Assembly (NCBI GenBank): GCA_964016885.1
Contig: OZ024742.1
Span: 177,072,001 to 177,136,000 of the forward strand
Direction: 5' to 3'
Source of the DNA: Eledone cirrhosa
Taxonomy: Eukaryota
DNA: 64,000 nucleotides
Under the pieces are notes generated by a model that had not been told where the DNA came from, did not search any database, and saw only the letters and a list, made by a program, of their open reading frames with translations. Position numbers and translations under genes: made by a program. Numbering within the stretch: position 1 is the stretch's first letter; every line of letters begins with the position of its first letter. Shown one piece after another: positions 13,665 through 25,694 of the stretch.

Positions 13665-14246
13665 GTGGCAAGCAACAATAGCAACGGCAGTAACAATAGA
13701 AATAACACTAGTATAAGTAATAACACCAGGGTTGTCAACCCGAACACCCAAAATCCTATATCCACCACACAGACTTCCGCATTGCATTATAACCAGCGGA
13801 CTAACGCACAGAATAATTGTAACTGTAGAGCTAATAGAACCTGCCCTTTAGATAAAAAATGCCTAACCAAGGATGTCACATACTCATGCACAGTCACGAC
13901 TAATTACTCTTCAGAAACCTATGTAGGCTCCACTTCTAACTGCTTCAAAATCAGATATAACTCGCACATCCACTCGTTCAAAAAGCACAGCCTAGCCAAC
14001 ACCACCTCACTTTCTAGCTACATACACTATCTAAAATCTAAAAATAAACCATACACACTCAAATGGGAAGTGATAGGCAGCGCGACCTCGTACAAACCAC
14101 CTAATAAATTCTGTAACCTCTGTATACTAGAGACACACAATATTATCTTCTCCAACCGTAACCTACTTAACAAAAAATCTGAGGTGTTTGCAACTTGCCA
14201 GCACCGCCTCAGACATTCCTTCCAAAACTTTAAGCCCTATATATAG
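13665..14246 (+). CDS. PLE GIY-YIG endonuclease domain (partial ORF, right arm)
   Basis: Same domain as the left arm with two amino-acid differences (N/Y and S/T). Confidence 0.85.
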   Translation: MASNNSNGSNNRNNTSISNNTRVVNPNTQNPISTTQTSALHYNQRTNAQNNCNCRANRTCPLDKKCLTKDVTYSCTVTTNYSSETYVGSTSNCFKIRYNSHIHSFKKHSLANTTSLSSYIHYLKSKNKPYTLKWEVIGSATSYKPPNKFCNLCILETHNIIFSNRNLLNKKSEVFATCQHRLRHSFQNFKPYI

Positions 14247-15688
14247 CAATGTCGGACTGGAACCTAACACCACATCTAGCATCAAACACCAGAGACACAC
14301 CCTATACTACATACCCAACACTAGCTGATCCATTATAACACAAACAACGACATCCCTCTGGAACCCTTCGCAGGGAAAATACCCATTTATACCTCTACGG
14401 CAGGTGTGACAACATCCACCCACTTGGACGGCACTACACCGCTCTAAGGGTAATTTGAGCATGAATTGATCGGTTGGATGGTGTTGGGCAGAGGAAACAC
14501 CTTCCTTAGACAGATGTAAAATGATTTAATCGAGTAGCGCTGTTGACCAGTAGGACCGGGCTGCTGAGCGCAGTGAGTGAATGCAATGCAACTGCCGTGC
14601 GGGTTGTACGTATATGGATGATCTGACGGTCAGAGAGGGGTCGCGAGGACTGCGGATTGACCTTTGGCCTGCCTGGGGACGAGTATCTTTCGACATCCAA
14701 TGTAGCAAGCGATGACCCAGATCTTACCAGAGATCATTGGGTCCTGAAGCAATCCTGCAATCACCGCGCCTGGTCATATGAGCAGACTACAACCACAGAG
14801 ATCATTAATTTAGAATCCTCGCTCATCATCTATAATTTCCATTTGTAGCACCTTAAGATGGGTTAATCCACCTTAATAATAATATGATCACCTTCAGCAT
14901 AATTTAGTTAAACTACTCTATAGTTAGTACACCTTATGCTTTAAAAGTCTCTCTTGGAAGGTGCACCTCACCATAGAATTTAGGGTCTATATTGGGACAC
15001 ATTTTAATGGCTAGATATAGAAACCCCAGAGTTACCTCCCCGCATGCATTAACTCCCCTTAGCCACACACACACTTCCGGTATTCAATGGCGTTTCTCGA
15101 AACGTAACAACCTCCTGTATCGAACTAAAGAACACCAGACTACGATCTCTAACTGGATTGTCGTGGATTATGTGAAAGGCATATAATCGAAATATACACT
15201 CCCTTGACCATGAAAATGCCGAAGTACATGAATTACTTGACATCCCTGCGCTGTGCATCTCCAATACTTATAACACTTTTAATGCTTGCACTATCTTTAA
15301 TGCTTATAATATTTCTCCACACACAGACTATATCAATCATATAAAGACTTTGCCACCAGATCTACCAACCTAACACTCTTATTTACCTACCTAAGTGCCT
15401 CTACCACACATATCTCTCTGCCACACTATATAAACAAGACGCACATGCGTGCCACACATATAACATTTGCACTATATAACCACTTATCTTCATGTTGTAC
15501 TTTAACCTATATCTTTGATTTTTGATTGTACCTATTAATATAAATGTAATCTCGAAGTGTGTACTGCCACTCTAAATTCTGTAATGAATGTTGACCCACA
15601 ATGTTTGAATATGTATCAATGTTTGAATATGTATTGGTATGTCTCTCGGCTGAAAAGGAGGTCATATAACTGTCCATGCATTAATAAA

Positions 15689-15736
15689 TTGCTCCGAAGA
15701 ATCCAAACCTCGGTTTGGAGGAAACAGCTGTAAGCA
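15689..15736 (+). ncRNA. Type-I minimal hammerhead ribozyme motif (right arm)
   Basis: tgct-CCGAAGA-a[tccaaacc tc ggtttgga]g-GAAA-cagctg-TA-agca. Stems I and II pair; stem III is palindromic; cleavage triplet GUA. Confidence 0.75.
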
Positions 15737-15774
15737 CAATAATGTTTTGAACAGTTCTTTGATTCTTATATTTC

Positions 15775-15831
<57 letters not shown>

Positions 15832-15857
15832 ATTGTGTGTATGCATGTATATGCCTG

Positions 15858-15889
<32 letters not shown>

Positions 15890-16049
15890 CAAAGCGAAAC
15901 TTACAGTCAGTAGGCACCTCTAAACCAAATATACACCCCATTCCACAACCCCTACCCTATCCTCCCACTCCCACGAACACCATCCTCTCTCTGTAAAGTT
16001 GGTACCACAACATCCAGTCCAAATAAATGAGAAAATGAGATCGAGATTG

Positions 16050-16295
16050 TGTAAGTGTCACGATAAAAAACACACAGTCCACGCTGTAATGTGGCCGTGT
16101 AGGTAACACAATAAAAAGTTCCCAGTTCTACACTGTAAATGTGGTTGGTGTCAGGAAGGGCATCCAATCTGCCAGATAGTCCTATATGAACGAGACAGGG
16201 TCACCTGACCAACCTTGCCTTAAGTGGGACAACTCTCGTCTAACCCATGCTAGCGTGGAAGATGGACGTTAAACGATGATGATGATGATGATGAT
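16050..16295 (+). mobile_element. RTE 3' end fragment (or RTE-dependent SINE) with (GAT)n tail
   Basis: 'ggttggtgtcaggaagggcatcca' and 'cgtctaacccatgctagcgtggaaga' match the RTE 3' UTR at 45640-45816. Confidence 0.8.
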
Positions 16296-17221
16296 AATAT
16301 ATATATATATTGGTGCAAGCGTATTTGGCGAAAATGAAGTCATATATTTTCTTCAATGTCCTGGCTGCAGTTTTGTCAAATATGTTTGCAGCAATTTATG
16401 CACTATAGAAGTGCACCATCACTGTGAGGTTGATAAGGCTTATCAATAGGCCCCTCAAAAAGCACTGTTTCTTGACGCGTTCTTGACAAGTGAGAAATGC
16501 TCGAGAGGCGAAGTCATATGTCCTTCAATCCAGCTTTCTTCATTCACTGTGAATAAGCCGGGGAAGTTTGAGCTCGAAGAGTATCCAACTTATTAAACAT
16601 ATTGCAAATAGCAAACTTACTGCCATAGAGCCCAAGAACAAGGACAGAATATTTGAGGAAGTCATCGCAATTATTGAAGAAATTATAACCGAGTGAACAT
16701 ATTCAGTTACTGTTCAAGCACCCTGTATATCACCGTTTGTAAAGCCCTTCGAATGACTGAAGCAATTCAATAAAACCATCCCGTATCCCCCCTATAACCC
16801 GAGAAAACACACTATAATACGTCGGATAAACAATCAGCTGTGTTGGCCCTAAGAGGGCCTTGTGACGTTCATTGTTGCAAAGTGTCAATAATGGAGGCGA
16901 AGTTACATCTCCTTAATTCATTTTAATCTTTCCACGATCCGACACCGCGAAATATCGACAAAAATAAATTCTACTCTAAAATAGAGCCTGTTACAATTAA
17001 CAAGCCGGGAGTACGAATATCCGTCAACATAGGATTTGGGTTTTATTCTTCAGAAAATCTCATGGCAAGCCAAATTCCAGGTCATTGATCATCACACTTT
17101 TTTGTAACTTATCACCGATACCTGCAGTTGATCTTAATGGGACCTAAGCTTGTGCATGTGTTCCGAATCCATATCAGTGAGTATAGTATATAAATGTATA
17201 TATATATATATATATATATAT

Positions 17222-17452
17222 AGGTTTTAATATAGATGAGATTCTACAGGACTAGAACTGTTTCATTCATTAGAAATCATCAGGAATCTCAGATTTCTGA
17301 TGATTTCTAAGATTCCTGAGATTCCTGATGATTTCTAATGAATGAAACAGTTCTAGTCCTGTAGAATCTCATCTATATTAAAACCTTTATACTCTGCTAT
17401 GTATTGAGTACCTTACTTACTGTGGTTACCTCCGATTCAACCCGGAATAACG
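17222..17452. mobile_element. Miniature palindrome 2 (PLE-like by architecture): 71-bp arms 17222-17292 and 17316-17386, tail 17387-17452
   Basis: Perfect inverted arms with an HHR in each; (TA)n on both flanks; no coding sequence. Confidence 0.8.
17318..17370 (+). ncRNA. Type-I hammerhead ribozyme motif (mirror copy at 17238-17290, minus strand)
   Basis: gagattc-CTGATGA-t[ttc taat gaa]t-GAAA-cag ttctagtc ctg-TA-gaatctc. Canonical core and a 7-bp stem I. Confidence 0.85.
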
Positions 17453-17484
<32 letters not shown>

Positions 17485-18184
17485 CACGCACACAGACATT
17501 GTTTAGTCGTCATCGTCAACCAAAATTAGATTGTCGTCTGCTTTCTTTAAAATTTCTTTATATATATTTCTAATAAGTTGTTGCCTCGTTTTGGATGAGT
17601 GAGTTGTGGGAGGAGGAAGGGAATAGTGGGAGGGAGGGCTTAACATACAGTAGTAGTATGTCCACTTCCCCCTATCTCAGTGAAACGGCTTCTCTTTCTT
17701 GCTCCATTGTAAAAATGTCCCCAGGGGATCTATTATTAATTTTTTTATTGAAATCCAATTAACCAGTCCTGTTTCTGAATAGTAGCTTAACATGTGAGTA
17801 TAGATTCATCAGGATCGAATCACTCGTGTAGGCACCAACTGGCTATACACAGAGTTACACGGATACACAGACAGACACAAATTGCCATTTATATATATAA
17901 TGCCAATCATTGTAAGTTTGAATCTGACACTGCAAAAACATATATATATGAATATAGTAAGCTCAAATCATAGTAGATTCAAATATCACAGAGAGAAAGA
18001 AAGAGAGTGTGGGCGGTGAAATGAGGTGCAACAGAAACGAAATATGGATTGCAGATTAAAATATATTCTAGATAGATGAGAAACAAAACGAGGACGTAGT
18101 TTAACGGATACCCAAATGATTTAGAAGCCGACCTTAAGTAGGCGCTAGGGAAACCATTAACAAGACCACATCATTTTGTATTCA

Positions 18185-18497
18185 ATATTTTGAAAGTAGA
18201 TTTTATATGTATGCATTTTCAGTGGACTTTCGTAGCTGCTTCAGTCGAATCGTGGTAGGTACTGGAGACGGCGGAGATCCTGGTCTTGGGTTCAATCCTG
18301 GTCGAGAGGTAATTCTTTCAGATTTTATTTTACGTCCCATAGAAAAAAAATAAAAAAGGTTTACCGGGAACCATACTCCCGACCCGGATCCAATTTCAGA
18401 CCAGGATCACCACCGTCTAAGATTCCTCCAACTAGGTCGCCGAGAGAGCTACAGATGTATAATGAAAATTAATAATTATAATCCTACTTTCACAATC
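18185..18497. repeat. Degenerate inverted repeat with tRNA-like B-box arms
   Basis: 'tgaaagtag' pairs with 'ctactttca', and 'gacggcggagatcctggtct' with 'agaccaggatcaccaccgtc'. 'gggttcaatcc' is B-box-like. Confidence 0.55.
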
Positions 18498-18615
18498 AAA
18501 TTTCAAAAGATGTAGCTTTCCTAGAACTATTTGTCATATTTAGGGTCGACTTGTCAATCTTCTGGCTCCTTCGTAACAACCATTTATTTCTGCGTTTAAG
18601 TTTTAACAAAAATTG

Positions 18616-18684
<69 letters not shown>
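18616..18684. repeat. (TAA)n microsatellite
   Basis: Perfect run. Confidence 0.95.
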
Positions 18685-18685
<1 letters not shown>

Positions 18686-18736
18686 GGGAAGAAGACGCAC
18701 ATGGTGGATAGAAGGTCATGAAATCGCTCCCGTAAG

Positions 18737-19372
18737 TTTTTGATTTTTAACATATTTAAATGAATTGTGAAATAACAATTCTTAGTACAAATGATGCATA
18801 AAGCACCAGACTCAACTATCAGAAAAATTCGCAACCATAATAGTGTGTTATATCACTCAAATATTTAATTTTGTATTATACATTTTATATTCAAAAAAGA
18901 AAATGGTTATAAAAGGAAGAAAACCCCCTCTGTCTACACTATATAGAACAGCAAAATAACAGCAATTTCACCAACACCACAAACTAGATACACCACCTAT
19001 CCCATCACCTCTGTGTACACTAAATACAACAGCCAGATAACGGCAATTTCACCACCACCACCACAAATCCAAGCATAATAATAATAATTACTATTATTAT
19101 TGTCTCAAGTTTTCACAAAATGTTTAATTCCAATATTAAGGAAATATGTCAAAACATATATTAAACATATGCGACTAACCGCATAGATACGCCGATCAAA
19201 ATATCAAACAACTACAGTCTATTCAACAAAACTCAGTAACGACAACGCCACCACTATAGTCACCGCCGCCACCACTCCATCCATCATTGCTAGCACTATC
19301 CCATCACCGCCCACCACTCCTTCATTGCTACCACCGCTATTCCCCCATTACCTTCTGTTAACTTACGAAAGG
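18737..19372. repeat. Dispersed unclassified repeat, copy 2 (partial third copy at about 19600-19705)
   Basis: Colinear with 6825-7380, with an internal duplication near 18930-19060. Confidence 0.75.
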
Positions 19373-19702
19373 GGAAGGTAGCGGTATCACTAGACAATAT
19401 TAATAAACAATATTAATATTTAATTTTGGATCAGGAATGTTAGAGTCGAAAAGGAGGAAAATGGCAAAATGACTAAATGACTAAATAGCTAAATAGCTAA
19501 ATGGCTAAGTGGACGGAGAAGATAATTTCGCCACCAACACCACCACCACTACCACGCTAAAAACTCTGGTCAAGTTCCCTCAACTTCTATTTCTACTTCA
19601 ACTTCAACACCATCACTACAGTACTCCGATCACATCACCACCGCCACTGCCTCATTATCGCTACCGCCGCTATTCTCTCCCACTACCTCCTGCTAAGTAC
19701 TA

Positions 19703-22161
19703 CTAGGAAAGAGTGCAAGAATTAGGCAATACGAGAGCAGAGTCAGTCAGTATAGACAGAACCGCATGTTTGACAACAACCAGAAGATGCTGTTTGGACA
19801 GCTTGAAGGGAAATAAAGATGCAACGACTTGATCCCTGAGGCGGAACAAACTAAAACATTCTGGAGAGGAATATGGGAGCAGGTAGTTAAACATAATGAC
19901 CAGGCAGTGTGGATTGAGTCAGTACAGAAGGAGATTAGTGAACAGGCACACCAACAAACTGATTTGAGTATCACAGTTGAAACTCTTAAGGGCAGGCCAA
20001 AAAACTAACCAACTGGAAATCACCAGGCCCAGATGGTGTACAGGGGTATTGGATTAAAAATGTAACATCCCTCCACCCGAAACTGACAACCATGTTCAAT
20101 GTCTGCTTGATATCAGGTGACGTACCAGAGTGGTTGACAAAAGGTACCACGGTTCTGGTAATGAAAGACCGAATCAAGGGTAATCATGTTACCAACTATA
20201 GACCTATCACATGTCTGTCCGTAATGTGGAAACTGTTGACAAGCATTATGTCTGAGGAAATCTACCATCAGCTCCACACAAACAACTTGTTACCGGACGA
20301 ACAGAAAGGATGCCGAAAGAAATCCCGTGGTACAAAGGACCAATTACTTATTGATAAGGTGGTAATGAGGATTTGCAAGAGGAGACACACTGGTCTTGCC
20401 ATAGGATGGATAGACTACAGAAAGGCATTTGACATGGTGCCTCATTCTTGGATCACCAAAAGCCTAGAGATCTTCAAGCTGGCAGATAACATCAGACAGT
20501 TGTTGGGCAAAAGTATGAAGTCGTGGAAAACAGAGTTAACATCAGCTGGAGAATCCTTGGGAGGCGTGAAGATCGAGAGAGGTATCTTCCAGGGAGATAG
20601 TGTGTCCCTCTGTTGTTTGTCCTTGCCCTGATGCCCCTGACCATTATACTGCGAAAAGTGAGAGCAGGATACAAGTTGGGAAAGGGAGAGCTTACCATCA
20701 ATCACCTCCTCTTCATGGACGATCTTAAGCTCTTCGGGAAAAGTGAGAAGGAGTTGGATGTGCTTGTTGACACTGTCCGTATTTTCAGCAATGATATATG
20801 TATGCAATTTGGTATTAGTAAATGTGGAGTCCTTGTGATGAAGAGGGGTAAATTGAGCAGAGCAACGGAATCCAGGTACCAACGGGTGAGATGATAAAGG
20901 AAATTGACACTGAAGAACGATACAAGTATTTGGGTGTTCTGGAGGCTGATGACATCAAGAACAAAAAAGATGAAGGAATTGATAAGATCTGAATACATTC
21001 GGAGAATAAGGAGCGTATTAAAGTTACATCTGAACAGTAGGAATGCCATAAGTGCAGTAAATTCCCGAGCTGTGTCTATTATTAGGTACAGTGCGGGAAT
21101 TCTGAGATGGAATGTTGCTGAACAAAAAGAAATGGATAGGAAGACTAGGAAGCTATTGACTATCTACAACATGTTTCACAAGAGGAGTGATGTCGATAGA
21201 CTCTACTTAAGGAGATCTGAAGGTGGAACGGATCTTATCAGCATAGAGGACTGTGTTCAGATGGAGAAAAACAACCTACACAAATACGTGACTGATAGTA
21301 AGGAGCCAATGCTCAGAATTGTACTGAAGGAGAGGACAATAGACCAGGGGATATCCAAGGAGGAAATAACAACAAGGAGAAAGATCAGCCTTCATGAAAA
21401 ATCCCTTCATAGTACCTTCTTTGAGAAAACTGAATTCAGAGATCCACAGACATGGAACTGGTTGAAAAGAGGAGACCTTAAGAAGGTTACAAGAGGAATG
21501 TTAATGGCTGCGCAAGAGCAGGCTCTCAAAACGAAGTGGTTGAAACACCATATTTACAAGGAGGAGGCTAGCCCACTGTGCAGGATCTGTGGAGAGAGAG
21601 ATAGAGGAGACTGTGGCTCACATTGTATCCGAGTGTAAACACCTAGACAAGACTGACTATAAAGGCTGGAGACATGAGGTGATGGGCAGGGTGACCCACT
21701 GGCACCTATGCAAAGTAAACAATTTACCACATTCTGAGAAGTGGTATGAGCATAAGCCAGAGTCGTTGATAGAAAACGACCAGGTGAAGGTGCTGTGGGA
21801 TTTTAGGATACAGACGGAGAAGAAACTGGAACACAATAGACTTGACATGGTGGTTTTGGACAAGGAAAAAAGATCGTGCCTGATTGTGGATGTGGCCTGC
21901 CCAGTCGACACGAGAGTGCAAGAGAAGGAGAGGGCGAAAATTAACCGATACCATGACTTAAAGTGGGAGGTAATAAGGATTTGGAACTGCTATGATGTCA
22001 AAGTGATTGTCATAGGCGCACTAGGTACTTTCTCAAAAGGTTTCCAGGGATGGTTAAAGAAAATTATCCCCGCCACATGTTTTGGAACGCTTCAAAAGGC
22101 ATGCTTGCTGGGAACAGCAAGAACTCTCCGATACGTCCTGAATATCTGAGGCTGCAGGTAG
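19703..22161 (+). mobile_element. R4/Dong non-LTR retrotransposon, 5'-truncated, frameshifted, lacking most of the 3' UTR
   Basis: [49 protein letters not shown]...HIVSEC, RLE domain ending LRYVLNI. Confidence 0.92.
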
Positions 22162-22166
22162 TTTAT

Positions 22167-22853
22167 TTTGCTTTTTCCATCCACTGAATTATTTTTGTAT
22201 GAGTTCCCTGTGTCCACGCATTGCCTGGGAACTTAGCTGAGAAGAGACTTCCCTGATGATGAAAGGCCTTCTCCATGTTTTCCATTCGGAAACCATGTTT
22301 ATTCCCTTTCAGAAACTAATTAGTTAGGGTGAAATTTTAGTAAGTAAGTTAATTTTTATAATTTTCTTATTTTACGTCTTTCATATAATTGTTCTGCATC
22401 CCCTTGCATTGAACCACAAAGTTACTAAGACAAAACCTATATATTTGCTAGCAGAGGTATGCATCTGTATATATATGTTGGTAGATATACTAATTCTTTA
22501 AAATTATCTCCAAATTATTTTGTTGAGCAAAAATTTGCCAAAACTGCTACTATAGTTCATAGTAATAGTTCGGCTACTGTCTTCTTAACACCCCACTCTT
22601 CACTGATTAACCTCGATGTCACGTAATTGATTCTTTTGAATTTGCCATCGACCAAGTAGGCAGTGATTTTTTTCAATGTCTTGTAACTTAGTCCACGCTT
22701 TGCTTTATTCCATCCACTGAATTATTTTTGTATGAGTTCCCTGTGTCCACGCATTGCCTGGGAACTTAGCTGAGAAGAGACTTCCCTGATGACGAAAGGC
22801 CTTCTCCATGTTTTCCATTCGGAAACCATGTTTATTCCCTTTCAGAAACTAAT
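22167..22853. repeat. ~154-bp direct repeat pair (22167-22320 and 22699-22853)
   Basis: Nearly identical copies 532 bp apart; both contain ctgatga(t/c)gaaaggcct. Confidence 0.9.
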
Positions 22854-22860
22854 AGGTATA

Positions 22861-22901
22861 CGTTGCTGACGATAACTAATAAGCTTGAAACTAGTACAGC
22901 G
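22861..22901 (+). ncRNA. Minimal hammerhead motif, probably a PLE 3' end
   Basis: cgttg-CTGACGA-taactaataagctt-GAAA-ctag-TA-cagcg, followed about 120 nt later by (TA)n. Stem II is weak. Confidence 0.65.
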
Positions 22902-23220
22902 TTCCTTTGTCAGTGTTGAACAAACGAGCAACGATGGTTGCTAGACACTACGGCTTAATACGGGATGTTTGTTTACAAACACACCGAGCATTATAATAAA
23001 TGCTCGGTGAATCCATACGTACATATATATATATATATGTGCATGTATGTATATATATATACATACTACTGTACGTCTCTATACACATATGTATGTACGT
23101 GTGGATACTTATATTTAAATAACAGCCGTACTAAGAGTGGGAAATGAAATTTCGTCTCATTTTTTTCCGTTTATATATATATATACATATATATATATAT
23201 ACGGCGTAACAAATAATAGT

Positions 23221-23324
<104 letters not shown>

Positions 23325-23350
23325 TATACGGTATAACAAATAATAGTTAT

Positions 23351-23536
23351 ATGCACTGGTGTAGGTTGTCGGCTGCTAAAACCTGCAGTACAGGTATGTC
23401 CGACTGTGGGCTATGTGATCTAGAACTACTGTATATCCTTGAAAATGTAAAAAGGCTACTTAACAATAAGTTAGAAAGATCTATCTTCTGCAGACACAAA
23501 ATTGCCACTAAATTCATAAGCTTTAAACCTCCATGA
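23351..23536 (+). pseudogene. PLE GIY-YIG C-terminal fragment next to (TA)n
   Basis: CGLCDLELLYIL...LLNNKLERSIFCRHK matches CNLCILE...LLNKKSE..CQHR of the other PLEs. Confidence 0.7.
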
Positions 23537-23871
23537 ATCGAACCGATGCAACATAGCTTTCAACTAGGATACCCACTACTCTGTACAAAATCACCACAGA
23601 AATATAATCATTAAGTATATTCTAGCCTTCTTAGTTCTATACCACACTAATGTCTGTAAGTACCTCATCAAACAATAAACTTATCTCTTCTCAGCTGCGG
23701 TCATCACTTGATCCTAAACCCGAGAACATTTCAAAATACTACTACAACGGAACTTTATCTTCCTCTTGCTATAATTATAGTCAGCATGTTTTCTCTTTTT
23801 ATGTATGTATGTATTTGTATGAGTGTGTGTTTATATGTATGTATATGTTTGTGTGCATGTGTGTGTGTATA

Positions 23872-23904
<33 letters not shown>

Positions 23905-24522
23905 TACCTCCATAACCTCTGTATTAACTTGCCCATTATTTAGTGTTGTCTTATACATGTATTTTATTGAGGATGGAAAAGATAGACAGAACTCTCATCT
24001 AATATAGACCACACAAATTCTACTACAGTGATAAATACTTCATCGGTCCGATAAAAACCGACTATTACGGCCACCTGACCTGCATTGTTTAAAAACACCA
24101 GCCTATCTTTACACTTGATATAATACACCCTACGACAGTCTTTACATGTCAATTTTATACATCTGCATCATATCAGCTAGTTTTACACGCTAAAATCATA
24201 GATATACTATACTTCCCAACTAGATTAATGTTGTGATTATTTCAAATAATTTATTGCTAGCATTGTTGATATTGTTGTTATTGTTCTAACTGAATGCCAT
24301 TACTACTACATATAATAGCCTGTATATTCTTTCCATGCCTGTATATTCTCTTCATTCTCGCAAGCTACGATGAACTGACTGGTTATAATTTTGTATTGAC
24401 GATCAAGTAACGCGAAAATAAGCGGATGGCGATCTCTAGACCTACCAGTTCAGAGAAACAATTGTCAGCAATGTCATTAAAAACCTTTTTTGTATAGCAA
24501 ACCGTGTCACTCTTCTTTCCTG

Positions 24523-24597
<75 letters not shown>

Positions 24598-24627
24598 ATC
24601 AAAAGATGGTTAAAGGAGTTCCATATA

Positions 24628-24694
24628 TTTTATTATGCGCATTTCAAAAACAAACATCATCAAGCAATAATATTTGTGTTTTCATCAGATAAAA
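24628..24694 (-). ncRNA. Type-I hammerhead ribozyme motif (left arm)
   Basis: Reverse complement of 28354-28420. Confidence 0.85.
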
Positions 24695-25694
24695 CAGGAG
24701 AACATGATATGAAGGCTAAAAAACACTTGTGGATAGTGCAGTTTTAAATCAACATATGAAAAATGGTTTTAGATTGCTGTGTGATATTGGGAAAAATATT
24801 TTATTTAGAGAGGGGGGGGGAAGATGAAAGGGGAGGAGATGAGAGGGAGAGATGGGTGATAGAGAGAAAGAGATAGTTTTTATAACTGAGAGGAAATATA
24901 TTTTTTACATAGAGAGGTTGAAAACCGTTGGAAGATACTGTATAAATTAAAAATTTAGAAAATTAACGAAGGGAGGATATGTGCGAGGAAAAATATTTTA
25001 TTTAGGGAGGGGGGTGTGGAAAGGATGAAAAAAAGGGGGGAGGAGATGAGAGTGAAGGTGGAGAGGGAGAGATGGGTGATAGAGAGAAAGCGATAGTTTT
25101 TATAACTGAGAAAAAGATATATTGTTTTAATATAGAGAGGTTGGGAACCGTTGGAAGATAATGTATAAATTAAAGGAATTTGAAAATTAACGAAGGGAAA
25201 TTATGTATGAAGATAGAGAGAGAAAAAAAAAATAATAATGATTGTGGGTGAATATTCTAACGTCAAAAGAAGAAATGTATGTATTGTGGCAATTTCAAAA
25301 TTAGCGAAGAGAAAAATTGTTAAGGTTTGTGTGTAGAAGGATTTGAGAAAAATAATGTGAAGTTAAAGTTTGTATATGATATGTGCGAATAAAGAGTTAA
25401 TATGTATTAATAATGAGTTCGTTGATGGGGAGAAAAAAATAATAATAAATTAAGGATGAAATTGAGATTAAAAAGATTTATGATAGAGAGAAAAAATAAT
25501 AATGATTGCGGATGAATATTCAAATGACAAAAACAAATGCTATGATTTTGCGAGAAGATAGAATGAGGGTAATGAGTAAACGAGTATTATAGAGTGTATA
25601 ATGCCCTTTAAAGTAAGGTAGATGGGTATATTTTAAAGAGGTGTATGTATATGTGCCTTTGAGAAAAGATTCTAAATTGATAAAGAATTGAATA

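Larger units (their letters stand above)
10552..15779. mobile_element. PLE palindrome 1 (Naiad-type): arms 10718-13211 and 13286-15779, 74-bp spacer, tail on left arm only
   Basis: Arms are reverse complements with a constant coordinate sum of 26497. Mirrored ORF pairs appear in the ORF track. Each arm has a GIY-YIG ORF and an HHR. (TA)n on both flanks. Confidence 0.95.

Noticed and set aside
11233-15264. Paired short ORFs (60-71 aa) in palindrome 1
   Set aside because: They appear twice only because of the inversion, and they have no recognisable motifs.
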